Positions 8,858 through 19,860 are shown, counted from the first letter of the stretch. The stretch: 64,000 bases of DNA from an uncultured Verrucomicrobiae bacterium (GCA_963837955.1 CAWIPH010000002.1:224001-288000); one strand, 5' to 3'. Numbers and translations: made by a program. Notes: a model not told the origin generated them from the sequence alone.

Positions 8858-9730
8858 TCATTCAACGTTTTGAATCTGTTCCCGCACTTTTTCCAATTCG
8901 GACTTAGCCTGCACTACCAGCTGCGATATTTCTGCATCATTAGCTTTCGCACTCAAGGTGTTGAGTTCGCGCCCAAGCTCTTGGCAAAGAAATTCCAACG
9001 TTCGTCCGATTGACTCCTCTTTGTCCAAGGTACCGGCAAACTGGCCAAGGTGCGAGTCAAGGCGACTAAGTTCCTCCGAAAAATCAGAACGCTCCGAAAA
9101 GAATGCCACCTCCTTGGCCAGGCGGTCATCATCCAGCGGAATTTCGATCCCCGATTTCTCAATTCGAGTGTGGAGATTAGTTCGATAGCGTTCAGCAGCT
9201 CGTGGCTGCAACTTCTTGATCTTCTGCAAAGAGCTACGCATCGCCCTGATTCTTTTCGTGAGATCCCGCTTCAGATGGGCTCCCTCCTTTGCTCGCATGG
9301 CTAAAAGTTGATCGAGTGCAGCCTGGAGAGCCGTCAAAACGGGCGTCCGGGGCCGCGCATTTATTTTCTTTGTCGTCGGTTGTTCAATTACTCCAGGCGA
9401 TCGGAGGAGTGTGTCGATGGTGATTTCGCCATCCAGCCGCAATTCCGACTGCAGCGCTTTAAATGCGGAGAGATAAGATTTAGCTAGCTGGCGGTTCAAT
9501 ACCGGTTCGACTTCGGGAGAGCTGAATTCCAGATTGAAATTGACGGTGATTCGTCCCCTGCCGATAACTCGATCGATGGTGGAGCGAATTTCAGGCTCCA
9601 ACGAGGAAAGCGAATCTGGCAGATTGAGAACAATTTCTGACTGCCGCTTATTGACGGCTTGAATCTCAACAACAACCGCAAGGCCCTCGCTTAAAGCTTT
9701 CGCGCGGCCGTAGCCGGTCATGCTATGCAT
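8858..9730 (-). CDS. yicC: YicC/YloC family endoribonuclease
   Basis: SMTGYG N-terminus; EELSRLDSH; GRTLEFLCQELGRELNTLSAKA; REQIQNVE C-terminus. Confidence 0.93.
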   Translation of the reverse strand: MHSMTGYGRAKALSEGLAVVVEIQAVNKRQSEIVLNLPDSLSSLEPEIRSTIDRVIGRGRITVNFNLEFSSPEVEPVLNRQLAKSYLSAFKALQSELRLDGEITIDTLLRSPGVIEQPTTKKINARPRTPVLTALQAALDQLLAMRAKEGAHLKRDLTKRIRAMRSSLQKIKKLQPRAAERYRTNLHTRIEKSGIEIPLDDDRLAKEVAFFSERSDFSEELSRLDSHLGQFAGTLDKEESIGRTLEFLCQELGRELNTLSAKANDAEISQLVVQAKSELEKVREQIQNVE

Positions 9731-9778
9731 GAATCAATCTATCAAGTCTGGCTGCCAGAGCCAACTGAAGTGATCGCC

Positions 9779-9816
9779 GATAGCACATAGCCAATAGCAA
9801 ATTTGGCTATTGGCTA
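9779..9816. repeat. Inverted heptamer array (ATAGCCA-type then TTGGCTA)
   Basis: gatagca catagcc aatagca aat ttggcta ttggcta; supplies the carB stop codon. Confidence 0.6.
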
Positions 9817-12800
9817 TTTTGTTCGGATTGTGCCGTGATATTTCTGGAGCGGAGAAACGCTAATTCCTTTAGTCTGGATGGCACGGATCGCTCGAATGCT
9901 CGCCTCCATGCCGCTGATAGTCGTCAGGATCGGAATCCGTTGGGCAACCGCCAAACTGCGAATCTGGATCTCATCCTTCCTGGGCACTGTGCCGCTCGGA
10001 GTATTGATAATGAGATCGATCTTCCCGTTCTTCATCAGGTCGAGTACATGCGGGCGCCCTTCGGCCAGTTTAAACAGATGCTTCACCGGCAAATGTGCCG
10101 AAGCCAACGCTTGAGCAGTGCCACTGGTAGCGAATAAGTTGAAACCAAGGTCGATCAATTCTTTGGCTAGCCGAACGACTTCAGGTTTGTCGCTATCTTT
10201 TACGCTTACAAAAACATTCCCTTTGCTTGGTAGAGGAGGTTGAGCCGCCATCTGTGACTTGGCATACGCCAGACCCAGATCATCGGCAATGCCCATGACT
10301 TCGCCGGTAGATTTCATTTCCGGACCAAGCATGATGTCGATGCCGGGGAAGCGGATGAAAGGGAAGACAGCCTCTTTAACCGAGAAATGTTGCGGCAAGA
10401 TCTTCTCCGTAAATCCCAGGTCGTGGAGTGATTTTCCAGTCATCACCTTCGCGGCGAGCTTCGCTAATGGGACACCTAGCGCTTTGCTGACGAAAGGAAC
10501 GGTCCGCGAGGCACGGGGATTTACCTCCAGAACATAAACTTCCTCATCTTTGACAGCGAATTGGACGTTCATTAGCCCACGCACTGAAAGCTCCTTTGCC
10601 ATCGCCTTGGTCGCATCTTCGATTGTGGAAATGACGTTCTCTGAAAGCGAAAATGCCGGGATCACGCAGGCGCTGTCACCGCTGTGAATTCCTGCTTCTT
10701 CGATGTGCTGCATCACAGCACCGATGACTACAGTTTCGCCATCGGAAATGCAGTCGACATCTACCTCGATCGCGTCGTCCAGGAAACGGTCTACCAGAAC
10801 CGGCCGTTCCGGGCTCGCTTCTACGGCCGTTCGAATGTAACGGCGGAGGTCTTCTTCCTGGTAAACGATTTCCATCGCTCGACCACCGAGAACAAATGAA
10901 GGGCGCACCAATACCGGATAGCCAATCGATCGCGCTACTTTGACAGCCTCTCCTTCGTCGACGGCGGTACCGCTCGGCGGCTGATTCAATCCCAGACGTT
11001 GCAGGAGCGCAGAAAAATGTTTTCGATCCTCGGCCATCTCGATGTTTCGTGGTTGGGTGCCGATGATATTCACTCCGTTAGCCTGCAAGTCGGCGGCGAG
11101 ATTCAACGGAGTTTGACCGCCAAACTGGACGATCGCGGCCCAACATTTCTCTTGCTGATAGATGCTCAACACGTCTTCGAGCGTCAGCGGCTCGAAATAC
11201 AGCTTGTCGCTCGTATCGTAGTCGGTGGATACGGTTTCAGGATTGGAATTCACCATGACCGTCTCAAACCCTTCCTCTTTGAGTGCGAACGCTGCGTGGA
11301 CGCAGCAGTAGTCAAACTCTATCCCTTGTCCAATGCGGTTTGGCCCGCCACCGAGAATCATCACTCGTCGACGATCACTTGCTCGGATCTCGTTCTCTTC
11401 TCCGTAGGTGGAGTAGTAATACGGCGTATGGGCTTCGAACTCGGCGGCACACGTATCCACGAGTCGATAGGTTGGTAATATCGATTTCGCGTGTCGTTCT
11501 TCCCGCACCTCCGCTTCGGTACGGCCAGTCAGATACGCGATCTGACGATCGGAATAGCCTAAGCGTTTGGCCGCACGCAGCGAAAGAGTGTTCGAACGAA
11601 TGCCGGATTCGGCATCTACCAGAACGCGGAGATTTTCTAGAAACCAGGGGTCGATCCCAGTCAGTTCCTGGATACGTGTTACACCGAAACCTGCTTGCAG
11701 GGCGTATCGGATAAAAAAGATTCTATCCCAGGACGGATTCAGGAGCTTACGTTGGATTTCTTCGCCATCCCATTCGCCATTTTCCGTTCGGGGTTCGCGA
11801 TCCTTTCCATCTGCCCCGAATCCGAATCTTCCAATTTCCAGAGACCGAATCGCTTTCTGAAATGCTTCTTTAAAGGTTCGGCCTATGGCCATGGCCTCGC
11901 CGACGCTCTTCATTTGCGTGGTCAACGTCGGATCGGCTTGCGGGAACTTCTCGAAGGTAAAGCGCGGAATCTTTACCACGCAGTAATCGATGACCGGCTC
12001 AAAACTAGCCGGCGTCTCTCGCGTAATATCGTTGCGAATTTCGTCTAGCGTATAACCGACGGCCAGTTTGGCGGCAATTTTAGCGATCGGAAAGCCGGTT
12101 GCCTTCGAAGCGAGAGCGGAAGAGCGTGAAACGCGCGGGTTCATCTCGATCACAACCATTCGCCCGTTTTTTGGATTCACAGCGAATTGTATATTCGAGC
12201 CTCCGGTCTCTACGCCGATTTCGCGGATCACTGCAAACGAAGCATCTCGCATCAATTGATATTCGCGATCGGTCAACGTCTGCGTCGGGGCCACGGTGAT
12301 CGAATCACCGGTGTGAATGCCCATCGGATCAAAATTCTCGATCGAGCAAATGACCACGCAATTGTCTGCGCGATCGCGCATCACCTCCATCTCAAACTCC
12401 TTCCAGCCGAGTAGTGATTCTTCGATGAGTACCTCACGAACGGGCGACTGTTCTAGCCCGCGATGGACGATCTCCTCAAATTCCTCGCGATTGTAAGCGA
12501 CGCCGCCTCCGGCGCCTCCCAAAGTAAATGCGGGACGAATGATGAGCGGGAATGAACCGATTTGGCCGGCCACCGAATGAGCCTCAACCTGGTCACGGGC
12601 GATTCCGGAACGCGCCACATCAAGTCCGATTCGTTGCATAGCGTTCTTGAAGAGCTGGCGATCTTCTCCTTTAGCGATGGCTGCCGCATTGGCGCCGATA
12701 AGTTTCACTCCATAGCGAGTGAGCGTTCCGCGCCGGTGCAACTCCATCGCGGTGTTAAGCGCGGTCTGGCCACCAAGTGTCGGCAACAACGCATCCGGTC

Positions 12801-13044
12801 GTTCCTGGGCGATAATTAGCTCAACGATCTCGGGAGTAATCGGCTCGATGTAGGTACTCGTAGCGAACTCCGGATCGGTCATGATTGTGGCCGGATTCGA
12901 ATTAACTAGGACAACCTCATAACCTTCTTCCAGCAAAGCTTTGCAGGCCTGCACTCCGGAATAATCAAATTCGCAGCCTTGCCCGATAACGATCGGTCCG
13001 GACCCAATCAGCAAGATTTTGTGGAGATCGGCGTTTTTAGGCAT
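9814..13044 (-). CDS. carB: Carbamoyl-phosphate synthase large subunit
   Basis: MPK...[22 protein letters not shown]; two ATP-grasp halves; C-terminal MGS domain (INTP); start moved to ATG 13044. Confidence 0.98.
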   Translation of the reverse strand: MPKNADLHKILLIGSGPIVIGQGCEFDYSGVQACKALLEEGYEVVLVNSNPATIMTDPEFATSTYIEPITPEIVELIIAQERPDALLPTLGGQTALNTAMELHRRGTLTRYGVKLIGANAAAIAKGEDRQLFKNAMQRIGLDVARSGIARDQVEAHSVAGQIGSFPLIIRPAFTLGGAGGGVAYNREEFEEIVHRGLEQSPVREVLIEESLLGWKEFEMEVMRDRADNCVVICSIENFDPMGIHTGDSITVAPTQTLTDREYQLMRDASFAVIREIGVETGGSNIQFAVNPKNGRMVVIEMNPRVSRSSALASKATGFPIAKIAAKLAVGYTLDEIRNDITRETPASFEPVIDYCVVKIPRFTFEKFPQADPTLTTQMKSVGEAMAIGRTFKEAFQKAIRSLEIGRFGFGADGKDREPRTENGEWDGEEIQRKLLNPSWDRIFFIRYALQAGFGVTRIQELTGIDPWFLENLRVLVDAESGIRSNTLSLRAAKRLGYSDRQIAYLTGRTEAEVREERHAKSILPTYRLVDTCAAEFEAHTPYYYSTYGEENEIRASDRRRVMILGGGPNRIGQGIEFDYCCVHAAFALKEEGFETVMVNSNPETVSTDYDTSDKLYFEPLTLEDVLSIYQQEKCWAAIVQFGGQTPLNLAADLQANGVNIIGTQPRNIEMAEDRKHFSALLQRLGLNQPPSGTAVDEGEAVKVARSIGYPVLVRPSFVLGGRAMEIVYQEEDLRRYIRTAVEASPERPVLVDRFLDDAIEVDVDCISDGETVVIGAVMQHIEEAGIHSGDSACVIPAFSLSENVISTIEDATKAMAKELSVRGLMNVQFAVKDEEVYVLEVNPRASRTVPFVSKALGVPLAKLAAKVMTGKSLHDLGFTEKILPQHFSVKEAVFPFIRFPGIDIMLGPEMKSTGEVMGIADDLGLAYAKSQMAAQPPLPSKGNVFVSVKDSDKPEVVRLAKELIDLGFNLFATSGTAQALASAHLPVKHLFKLAEGRPHVLDLMKNGKIDLIINTPSGTVPRKDEIQIRSLAVAQRIPILTTISGMEASIRAIRAIQTKGISVSPLQKYHGTIRTK

Positions 13045-13225
13045 GAAGCTTCGCAGGTTATCGGCAGGACCTAAAAGTGCAAATGATACCGAATTTGGGG
13101 CAGAGAATCGCCGCGGAACCCGCCGGCACATCCCGATAGGCGGTCAATCATCAGGCGCAACCTGCCTCCCCACGCACGGAAAAGACGTGCATGCTCTTTC
13201 TGGGCAAAAATCGAACCCGAAAAAG

Positions 13226-13456
13226 TTAGAGCTTTTCTTCTAGGTCTACGATGCGGCTGAGGGCGTCCACAAAATCTCGGAAACCGCTAGCCGGCAGCAT
13301 GATGGTATCGCGCCTCCCGCTCACGTCCTCGGTGATCTTGAGAAAGCGCCCACGTTGATTCTCTTTCAGATCTAGGAAAAAAACTTTGCGATCCACCTGA
13401 ATTTTTTCGGAGGCAAGAGGATCATCGGATCTGTGGGATGTATTACTGTTAATCAT
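13226..13456 (-). CDS. PUR-repeat (PurA/Pur-alpha-like) ssDNA/RNA-binding protein
   Basis: LASEKIQVDRKVFFLDLKENQRGRFLKITE resembles a single PUR repeat. Confidence 0.8.
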   Translation of the reverse strand: MINSNTSHRSDDPLASEKIQVDRKVFFLDLKENQRGRFLKITEDVSGRRDTIMLPASGFRDFVDALSRIVDLEEKL

Positions 13457-13621
13457 AACCTTCTAAACCTTCTGGCACCCCGAGCGAGTACCAACTTATT
13501 TACCCGATCCCATATAAGGAGACTTTCTGAACAATTCGAAAATTCGGCTCGTTTATCATTGGGCTTTGACGCGGGGAAAATTCAGAAATTAGAAGCTAAT
13601 TTAGAAAGTTTGCAACGAATT

Positions 13622-14587
13622 CTAGGCTAGGCCTACGGCCGTTCGCACCTTTCGTATTGTTTTCTCCGCGACGCCGGCAGCCCGATTGGCTCCAGCTCTC
13701 AAAACGCCGTCCACGTAGTGGACGTCTGCCTCCAATTCGGCTCGCCGCGCCCGCATTGGAGCAAAAGTTTCCCAAATGATTTCGAATAGCTGTTTTTTGA
13801 ACTCGCCGTAACCGGTCCCGCCCGCTCGAAAAGAGTTTTCCATGGAAGCGATCTGCTCAGGGGAGGCAAAAAGACGGTAAAGCTGAAGAATGGTCGAGTT
13901 GGTGGGATCTTTCGGCGCATCCACCGGAGTCGAATCGGTCACAATGCTCATCACTTTCTTGCGAATGAGCTTTTCCGGGCCAAAAATTTCAATCGCATTG
14001 TCGTAGCTCTTACTCATTTTTTGTCCATCTAGGCCAACGACAGTTGCCACCTCGTCGCGAATCAGTGGTTCGGGCAGCTTCAGAGTGGAACCGTAAGTCT
14101 CATTAAATTTGATCGCGATATCGCGAGCGAACTCGAGATGCTGTTTTTGATCCTTCCCTACGGGCACGACGTCTGCGGAGTAGAGCAGGATGTCCGCCGC
14201 CATCAGGACCGGGTAGGCGAACAGCCCGTGAGAAGAGGGAATGCCCCGGGCTGTCTTGTCCTTATAGGAATGGCTTCGCTCCAAAAGACCCATTGGTGTC
14301 ACCGTACTCAATATCCAGGTGAGCTCGGTCACGACCGGCACGTCGGATTGCCGAAAAAAACAGGCTTTATCGGGATCCAATCCGCAAGCTAGAAAATCAA
14401 GTGCGACTCCTCGGACGTGCTCCCGGAGAGCGGCTGGATCCTGGAGCGAGGTCAGAGCGTGATAATCTGCGATGAAATAGAATGCTTCGCCCCGATTCTG
14501 AAGCTCTACCGCCGGTTTAAGCGCTCCAAAATAATTTCCAATGTGGAGGGCTCCAGACGGCTGAATACCAGTTAAATACCGAACCAT
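13622..14587 (-). CDS. trpS: Tryptophan--tRNA ligase
   Basis: TGIQPSGALHIGNY, YPVLMAADIL, VPVGKDQKQH, KMSKS. Confidence 0.97.
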   Translation of the reverse strand: MVRYLTGIQPSGALHIGNYFGALKPAVELQNRGEAFYFIADYHALTSLQDPAALREHVRGVALDFLACGLDPDKACFFRQSDVPVVTELTWILSTVTPMGLLERSHSYKDKTARGIPSSHGLFAYPVLMAADILLYSADVVPVGKDQKQHLEFARDIAIKFNETYGSTLKLPEPLIRDEVATVVGLDGQKMSKSYDNAIEIFGPEKLIRKKVMSIVTDSTPVDAPKDPTNSTILQLYRLFASPEQIASMENSFRAGGTGYGEFKKQLFEIIWETFAPMRARRAELEADVHYVDGVLRAGANRAAGVAEKTIRKVRTAVGLA

Positions 14588-14612
14588 GCAAAATCGATAC
14601 CACCATCGGTGA

Positions 14613-14721
14613 AATAGCCAATAGCAGATAGCAGATAGCCGAGAAAATCACAGATGTACAAGCCCCGGGTTACGCCGGTACGCCTTTTTCATTTGGCTAT
14701 TGGCTATCGGCTATTGGTCAT
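14613..14721. repeat. Inverted heptamer arrays flanking a spacer
   Basis: (A/G)ATAGC(C/A) x4 at 14613-14640 and TTGGCTA-like x4 at 14691-14721. Confidence 0.65.
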
Positions 14722-15991
14722 CATTTCTCTCCCAGCGTTGTAGCAACATCTTTTCCTGGTCGAGAAAATTTTGCCAGAGCTCCCGATGCTTCGGCTCGTA
14801 ACGCTGATCTTGGAAATCGGCCATCTTTTGCCTGATTAAGATCAATTGCTCCAAGTGCGGGCTTTCTTCCAAGTAGACCTCGCGGAGAAAGCGAGCTGCT
14901 GCGGCATCTCGCTCCCACAATACTCCGAAGGAATTCACGAAATCGGCCGCGTATTGCAGATCGCCTCTCTCGTTGTGTTGCCAGATTTCCGGCGATGGTT
15001 CCGGCAGATCTAACAAAAGAGGAGCGAGGTATAGGTTTTGGGCCATCCCGCGGCGATACCGGAACGCGGAGCTTTTTTCTTCATCAGAATCGAAAAGCAC
15101 GAGACCCCATCCAAAACAGAACCCGGGCTCCTCCAGATCGTCGACAAATTTTTGCGCATACCAGTCGAAAAATTCTCGAGCCTGTTCCGCTTGGCCTGCC
15201 AACAACTGAAGGAGCGGCAGAAGAAAACGAATCCCGGAATGATCGGTTGGATTTTCGAGGACTGTTTCTTCGCCGATAGCAATCGCTTGAGGAAGGTCGC
15301 CTTTTTGCCAGGCAGCGAGAATTCTGCCGTGTTGAGCCCGAACATAGCAGCTCGATTCTCCAGGCGTATGAAATGGAGCAGCAACTTCTGCTGCGGCAGA
15401 AAATTTCTCGGTCGCAGAATCGATATTCCCCTCTTGCAGCTCAAGGTCCGCGAGTTCGACTAACGCCTCCGGAAGGTCTTCAGCCAGTTCCAGAGCCTTG
15501 GTCAACAGGGCGCGTTTCTTTTCGGGAGATCGCACATGCTTAACTGCGCGGACCAGGCCGTGGGCCAGAAATCCCGGGCCGTGAGTCAGCAGCAAATTCT
15601 GAGCGGAACCGGTGATGAGGCCACTGATCTGAGATTGAATTGGATTGTCCTCTTCTTGCACAGACTCCCCCTCTTCAATATCTACCAGATTGATCTCGCA
15701 ATGGTATTCTCGAGATAAGCTTTGCCAGACTGATTCGTCCCACTCTTCAAAATCAGGGATTTGCAGTTCATCGGGAACGCCCTTTTCTTGAAAAAGCCGA
15801 TGAAGCAGAAGCTCCGCTCGCCGCTGATCAGTTTCTCTGACAAACTCGTGACCAATTAACATCGCACTGTGGCGATGAACCACATACAGGCAGGTTGGCA
15901 ACATCACCAGCGACCCGAATTGAATTGGTACGTTGAGATCGAACCAATTAAAGCTCCAGATTTCTTTGGTCGCGCGGAGCGGCTGGATCAT
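14711..15991 (-). CDS. Hypothetical protein with TPR-like helical region
   Basis: 426-aa ORF; TPR-like LTKALELAEDLPEALVELA and ENPTDHSGIRFLL segments; start uncertain. Confidence 0.7.
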   Translation of the reverse strand: MIQPLRATKEIWSFNWFDLNVPIQFGSLVMLPTCLYVVHRHSAMLIGHEFVRETDQRRAELLLHRLFQEKGVPDELQIPDFEEWDESVWQSLSREYHCEINLVDIEEGESVQEEDNPIQSQISGLITGSAQNLLLTHGPGFLAHGLVRAVKHVRSPEKKRALLTKALELAEDLPEALVELADLELQEGNIDSATEKFSAAAEVAAPFHTPGESSCYVRAQHGRILAAWQKGDLPQAIAIGEETVLENPTDHSGIRFLLPLLQLLAGQAEQAREFFDWYAQKFVDDLEEPGFCFGWGLVLFDSDEEKSSAFRYRRGMAQNLYLAPLLLDLPEPSPEIWQHNERGDLQYAADFVNSFGVLWERDAAAARFLREVYLEESPHLEQLILIRQKMADFQDQRYEPKHRELWQNFLDQEKMLLQRWERNDDQ

Positions 15992-16004
15992 ACGGCAAGA
16001 GGAT

Positions 16005-16126
16005 CAATAGCAACAAACCGATAACAAATGGCAGATGACAAATGGCAAATGACGCAAGCGCGGCAAAGCGTCTGTGCGATGATCCAGCCGTTTGTTATCT
16101 GTCATTTGTTATTGGTCGTTCGTCAT
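16005..16126. repeat. Inverted heptamer arrays (ATGACAA/ATGGCAA and TTGTCAT-type)
   Basis: ataacaa atggcag atgacaa atggcaa atgac ... gtttgtt atctgtc atttgtt attggtc. Confidence 0.65.
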
Positions 16127-16149
16127 GGGGTATTCCACTCATGGGACCT

Positions 16150-16683
16150 TTACCACAAAGTAGGGATCCGCTGCCGGCGATTGAATTTATCGGTATAAAA
16201 GATCTCCCTATTGGCCGTTCCAAACTCGTGCACTAAGCGCGTGACCTTTACATCGAAACAACAATACTCAGCGATTTCAAGGACCCGTTTTTCCCGCCAC
16301 CACTTGATCGCATCGATCCCATACCCGGTTTTCCCAATACCGAGCGTAGCTTGGGCGATATTGTCCAATTTCGGCCGGCCGCCCAAGTTCTTCTCAACTT
16401 CGACCAAAAGGTCCAGCGTGCGCAACTGGTGCGGGAGATCCAGTATGGTGTATCCCATCAAGACCTCGAAATCGAAATTCATAATATTAAAGCCGACGAC
16501 TAGGTCGGCTCGCAGCAACTGATGAACAAGCTCATTGACCCGTTGTTCTGAATATATTCGGTATTGGCGCAATTTAGTGCTGTAAGTCACTCCGACAGAC
16601 ATCCCCATATCTCGTTTCTTATCCCATCCGCCGGCGTCGTTTGCGGTTCGCTGGGTTTCCAAATCGAAATAAACAATATCCAT
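16150..16683 (-). CDS. RNase H-like (DEDD / YprB-like) 3'-5' exonuclease domain protein
   Basis: VYFDLETQ, VVGFNIMNFD, YCCFDV acidic motifs. Confidence 0.8.
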   Translation of the reverse strand: MDIVYFDLETQRTANDAGGWDKKRDMGMSVGVTYSTKLRQYRIYSEQRVNELVHQLLRADLVVGFNIMNFDFEVLMGYTILDLPHQLRTLDLLVEVEKNLGGRPKLDNIAQATLGIGKTGYGIDAIKWWREKRVLEIAEYCCFDVKVTRLVHEFGTANREIFYTDKFNRRQRIPTLW

Positions 16684-16784
16684 ACTTAGCCAACAGAATA
16701 CGGGAATAGAGTAGTTAGGGTTAACTGTGAAGTGCGCAGCGGGTTAGCGATCAGGGGTTCCTGCAACCCGAAACGCCCGATCGG

Positions 16785-18284
16785 CTAGTCAAAGCTTCCG
16801 GCGTCAAACCGATAAAGATTTTCTAGGCCCGTTACCCGGTATTCGGCGACGACCGAACCGTCGGAAACGAAAACCCGCAAACCATGTGACCCATCGATCG
16901 TCCATTTGGTTTGAACGATGTTTTTAGTTTTCGCCACCTGCAATAGCGGCAAGCCGTCGCTACTGGAAATCCAGGCTTCGGCTTCGTCAGCAGTTACGAC
17001 CAGAGAAATGCTTCCGGTCGCTCCGTTATCCAAAGGATTCTCCGCGAGCAGCATCGGGACTGCTGTTGATTCGTTTTTTGCGGGAGACGCGATCACCTGT
17101 CCATCCTTGATGTCGAAATAACGGAACGGCATTAAGGAACGATCTAGCCACTTTTGCCAGACTGATTGCTGACCCCTTGAATCTTGGAAATGCAGACCAA
17201 CGACTCGCTCTCCCGGACTCAGATCGACCGTTAATAATAGGTCCTCTTCGTCTCGGGAACCGCATAATTTCCGAGTGCTCTGTAAATCTGGCGGCAGGTC
17301 AAGCTCTTGAATGCGCTGCCCGGAGAGATCAACTTGACGAAGGAGCAGCTTGGAGTCCGCTCGCAGGAGGAGCCAGATAGTGTCTCCTTTGCCGGCGCTC
17401 ACGTCCAAAAGTTGTCCAGTCTCACCGGCAGCAATTGGCAGGAAATGGCTGTCCTGATATTTCCACAGTTTCCCATCCGGGCTAGCTACCACCGCGGTTG
17501 AGTCGAGCTGTGCGCAGTAAGCCAAATTCTCACTGGGCGGCGTTGTGCCTTGATCGGAAGCATCGCCGGAAGAGTGCACCTGGTGGTCGGCGATGACGAT
17601 CCATTTTCCGCGCCACTGGTCCGCATCCCGAAGATCGGTGTACGACTTTTCTGCGACCGAGTTACCGGTCGTTGGATCTATTTGCACCAGGCGATCGCCG
17701 CAGACCGCAAGAATGCGCGACCCATCATATTTTATGCTGTTGGTACCGGTGGGCAAAGCAACAGCACGATTCTTCCCGTTTCCGGTATCAACCAAAAGTG
17801 CCCTGCCTGTTTCAATCTCTGCGAACGCGCAAACGGATTTTCCGTTGAGGAATGCAGCACCCAAAATTCGCTTTGCTTGAGCCGCTCCGTTTGTTTCGAC
17901 CCAATCGTTCAAATGGTAGGCCTCGCCAGAAACATTCACTTCACCCACCAGGATGCCGCGAGCCGAATACTTTCCTGCCGGCACCGGATTGCCATTAGCA
18001 TCCTTGCCGTCCCAGTCGATGAAGAGTCCATTTAAGCCGGACTTAAAACTATCGATATCCGCAGCCCGTTTTAGCACCCGAACCAACTTCCCGTCAGCAT
18101 TGTAGACGCCCAAACTAATGACACCTTCTTCCGGTGGGGGAAGAAACATCAGTTGATGGGTGCCGGCAGTTTCTTCATCGGTCTGTTCACTCCGGGCAGA
18201 GCAGAGCGGGCCCGCCCAAATGAGCGCAAGAACGCAGCCGAGAACAAATGATCTTCGCGGATACAGTGCGCCACCGTTAGACAT
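16785..18284 (-). CDS. Exported hypothetical protein with FlgD-like Ig domain and probable beta-propeller
   Basis: PRRSFVLG signal-like N-terminus; VYNADGKLVR...WDGKDANGNPVPAGKY FlgD Ig motif; start 18284 overlaps the GH57 stop. Confidence 0.75.
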   Translation of the reverse strand: MSNGGALYPRRSFVLGCVLALIWAGPLCSARSEQTDEETAGTHQLMFLPPPEEGVISLGVYNADGKLVRVLKRAADIDSFKSGLNGLFIDWDGKDANGNPVPAGKYSARGILVGEVNVSGEAYHLNDWVETNGAAQAKRILGAAFLNGKSVCAFAEIETGRALLVDTGNGKNRAVALPTGTNSIKYDGSRILAVCGDRLVQIDPTTGNSVAEKSYTDLRDADQWRGKWIVIADHQVHSSGDASDQGTTPPSENLAYCAQLDSTAVVASPDGKLWKYQDSHFLPIAAGETGQLLDVSAGKGDTIWLLLRADSKLLLRQVDLSGQRIQELDLPPDLQSTRKLCGSRDEEDLLLTVDLSPGERVVGLHFQDSRGQQSVWQKWLDRSLMPFRYFDIKDGQVIASPAKNESTAVPMLLAENPLDNGATGSISLVVTADEAEAWISSSDGLPLLQVAKTKNIVQTKWTIDGSHGLRVFVSDGSVVAEYRVTGLENLYRFDAGSFD

Positions 18285-19860
18285 AATATTTCCAATCCAA
18301 ATTCGGAAAGAGATTGTCGCGGCCCTCGCACAGGGTGAGAAATTCTTCGTCGACGATGTTGCCTTTAAGTAAATCATACAGCCGGGTGAACCGAAGGATG
18401 TGGTCGCGGGTCCGCTTTGTGGCGTAATCTCTGGCCGTCCCGGTTTTCATCAGAAAGGCCCAATCGCTGGCCTGGGCAAGTAGAAGCTCTCTGGCCATCT
18501 GCCGAAGCACCCTTTCTTTCCATTGCGTCGGCTCTTTTGCTACTACTCTAGCCAATTCCGTCATTCGGCGAGCGGCGGCGTGAAGATGCGGGTAGATCCA
18601 AGCGTTCGACTGGTCCAACCAAACCTCCCAAAAACCTTTGTTCCCCCAGCTGGAAGGGCTGGGGGAAATGACTTGCAGCGTGTCATGGCTCTCCAGGTAG
18701 GCACTTGGCGTAGCGAGCTGGAAAACTTGCTGATCGTAGGCGGCTTTGCGTATCACGAAATCGAGAAAAATAGGTCCCTCATACCACCAGTGCCCGAACA
18801 GTTCGGCGTCGAATGGAGTGAGGATGATCGGATCGATGTTTGTCACATCAAGCAGATGCGAAAACTGTTTAACCCGATTTGAAACGAAATCGCCGGCGTG
18901 GTGGTCGGCTGCTCCGCGGGCCCAACCTGGAACGTAGTACTCTTTGTGGGGAGTGCGCCCGGTTATTCGGTGGTATTTGATGCCGGTAAATTTTCGGTGC
19001 CCGTCCGCAGGTAAGAACGGCCGCAAATACTCGATATCGAGATCGTAACCTGCATCCCGATAAAAATCCCGGTAGGCGGGATCACCCGGATACCCTTCCT
19101 GCGCGCTCCAGACCTGCTTGCTCGATTCCCGGTCTCGACCGAAGACCGCTGGACCCGCACCAGTAAAACAAGGCGCGTAGATAGCATATCGAGGGCGTGG
19201 GTTTCCAAACATCAACCCATGCGCGTCCAAAACGAACCAACGGATCTCCGCTTCTCGAAGATATTCTTCCAGTCCGGAAAAATAGGCGCACTCCGGTAAC
19301 CAAATCCCTCGGGGTGCGCGGCCGAATGATTCGCGGTATTGGTCACAAGCGATTCGGATCTGGGCGCGAACCGCTTCCGGCTGGGCAGCGAGGAGGGGCA
19401 AGAAACCGTGGGTCGCCGCGCAAGTGATTATCTCGAGGTATCCACTTTCCTGAAATCGGCGAAACGCCCCGACCAAGTCCCGATTCAGTCGATCGACATA
19501 TATTTCCTGACATTCCAAAAACCGCGTATGGTAAAGGCGAGCGAGGTGATTCAGCTCGGGAGTTCCCTGCGTGCGGACGATCTCCTCTTTGGCCAGCGCA
19601 ATGGCTCGACCGAGATATTTTAGATAACGTTCGCGGAGCAGCTCGTCGTCGAGCATCGCGCAGAGCGTCGGCGTCAAAGACATCGTGATTTGGAACGGCA
19701 CACCGTCGCGCACTAGACCCTCAAATACTTGCCAAAGGGGCAAATAGGTTTCGGTGATGGCCTCGAATAGCCAATCTTCTTCCAGGAAATCCGGATACTC
19801 TGGGTGTCGAACAAAAGGCAAATGGGCGTGGAGGAGGAGAGAAAAATATCCTTTTGGCAT
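18277..19860 (-). CDS. GH57 1,4-alpha-glucan branching enzyme (DUF1957 C-terminal domain)
   Basis: LHAHLPFV, EAITETYLP, GIWLPECAY, PFDAELFGHWWYEG, ELLLAQASDW. Confidence 0.93.
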   Translation of the reverse strand: MPKGYFSLLLHAHLPFVRHPEYPDFLEEDWLFEAITETYLPLWQVFEGLVRDGVPFQITMSLTPTLCAMLDDELLRERYLKYLGRAIALAKEEIVRTQGTPELNHLARLYHTRFLECQEIYVDRLNRDLVGAFRRFQESGYLEIITCAATHGFLPLLAAQPEAVRAQIRIACDQYRESFGRAPRGIWLPECAYFSGLEEYLREAEIRWFVLDAHGLMFGNPRPRYAIYAPCFTGAGPAVFGRDRESSKQVWSAQEGYPGDPAYRDFYRDAGYDLDIEYLRPFLPADGHRKFTGIKYHRITGRTPHKEYYVPGWARGAADHHAGDFVSNRVKQFSHLLDVTNIDPIILTPFDAELFGHWWYEGPIFLDFVIRKAAYDQQVFQLATPSAYLESHDTLQVISPSPSSWGNKGFWEVWLDQSNAWIYPHLHAAARRMTELARVVAKEPTQWKERVLRQMARELLLAQASDWAFLMKTGTARDYATKRTRDHILRFTRLYDLLKGNIVDEEFLTLCEGRDNLFPNLDWKYYV

